This document shows positions 63,118-64,000 of a DNA stretch of 64,000 nt, one piece after another. The stretch is taken from contig JAQGDQ010000019.1 in the NCBI GenBank assembly GCA_030141605.1, positions 868,001 through 932,000 of the forward strand. The letters run 5' to 3'. The DNA comes from Tubiluchus corallicola (Eukaryota; Animalia; Priapulida). The notes beneath the pieces were generated by a model. The model was not told the origin of the DNA and did no database searches. It saw nothing but the letters and a program-made list of their open reading frames with translations. The position numbers were made by a program, and so were the translations under genes. The stretch's first letter is position 1; every line of letters starts with the position of its first letter.

Positions 63118-64000
63118 ATTATTGATTCGTTATTATATTATCATTTTTATGTTGATTTTTACTGCACTGTGAGTTGATCTTTTTTTCTGTGTCACAATAA
63201 TGGGCGTTTATTACATTATCAGTTGTAACAACGCACCTGCAAGTTTTTATTGAAAACTAAAATCTGCACACTGTAGAATACGCTTGCAGTATTTAGCAAT
63301 AACGACTTTGAGCATGAATATAAATTTGAGCATGAATATAAATTTTGCTCTTAACTAATTATAGCATGGAAAAGCTAAACGCAAAAATGTATTTACTATG
63401 GAATAATCATAGCTACCACTGATTGTGCCAAAACTGGTTAGTTGGATCTAATTTTACGTTTGGTTTCTCAAGTGCTTGAAGTTAGCAATGGCTTCCTGAA
63501 TAAATTGACATTTAACACAATATCAGTAATAGTGTATGGCGGCAACATATTCTAAATTCTCCACAGTACAGCTCTAAATTATCGCAGAATGTAGGTGCTT
63601 AGCAGATATCGACATTGTATTTAATATATTTATCAAAGATAGAGTAAATAATTATTTTGTTATAAACAAGTGCATATAGTATCACAACGGCTGCCGGGAT
63701 TTATAACAAGTTGAAGTTGACATCCAAGAAACTACACAGAAATGCGGAAGAGGCGGTGTAGTCCTATCGCCGTTAGGTAATTTTATAATTTCACCAGAAT
63801 TGAAATACAGCATGATTATCCTTTAGTTAAAGTCTCTCTCCTGCGTTGTTCAGGATCAATGTTGTAGCTGAATTGTTTTATGGAGACCGCGGGCCACGTA
63901 ATCGTGTGTTTTATGGTTTGGTCGTATGACGGTAAAATTGTTCAGTCGCTGTACAAATAACTTCTGTGCTGTAAACTCTCTTAAGTTCAGCACGTTTGCT

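Overview
AT-rich, intron-containing invertebrate animal DNA with no prokaryotic features. From left to right: (1) a complete 9-exon BTB-BACK gene (BTBD17-like, + strand, 1746-13646, 477 aa after splicing), whose last intron holds an intronless antisense acetoacetyl-CoA synthetase gene (10832-12847). (2) The 5' end of a phospholipase C-beta gene (+ strand) with three homologous candidate first coding exons (16191, 19572, 23710) ahead of one exon 2 (27293-27370). No exon 3 was recognised, so the rest of the window is probably intron. (3) That region holds microsatellites, decayed LINEs, MITE-like elements and a patchwork insertion carrying a fragment of the MTR4 helicase gene. (4) A very young full-length Ty3/Gypsy LTR retrotransposon (57517-63117, minus strand) with TA...TA termini, no TGG-type tRNA primer site, and a primer-site position complementary to its own LTR, i.e. 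a candidate self-priming element. All family assignments come from motif recognition by eye; no database searches were run.
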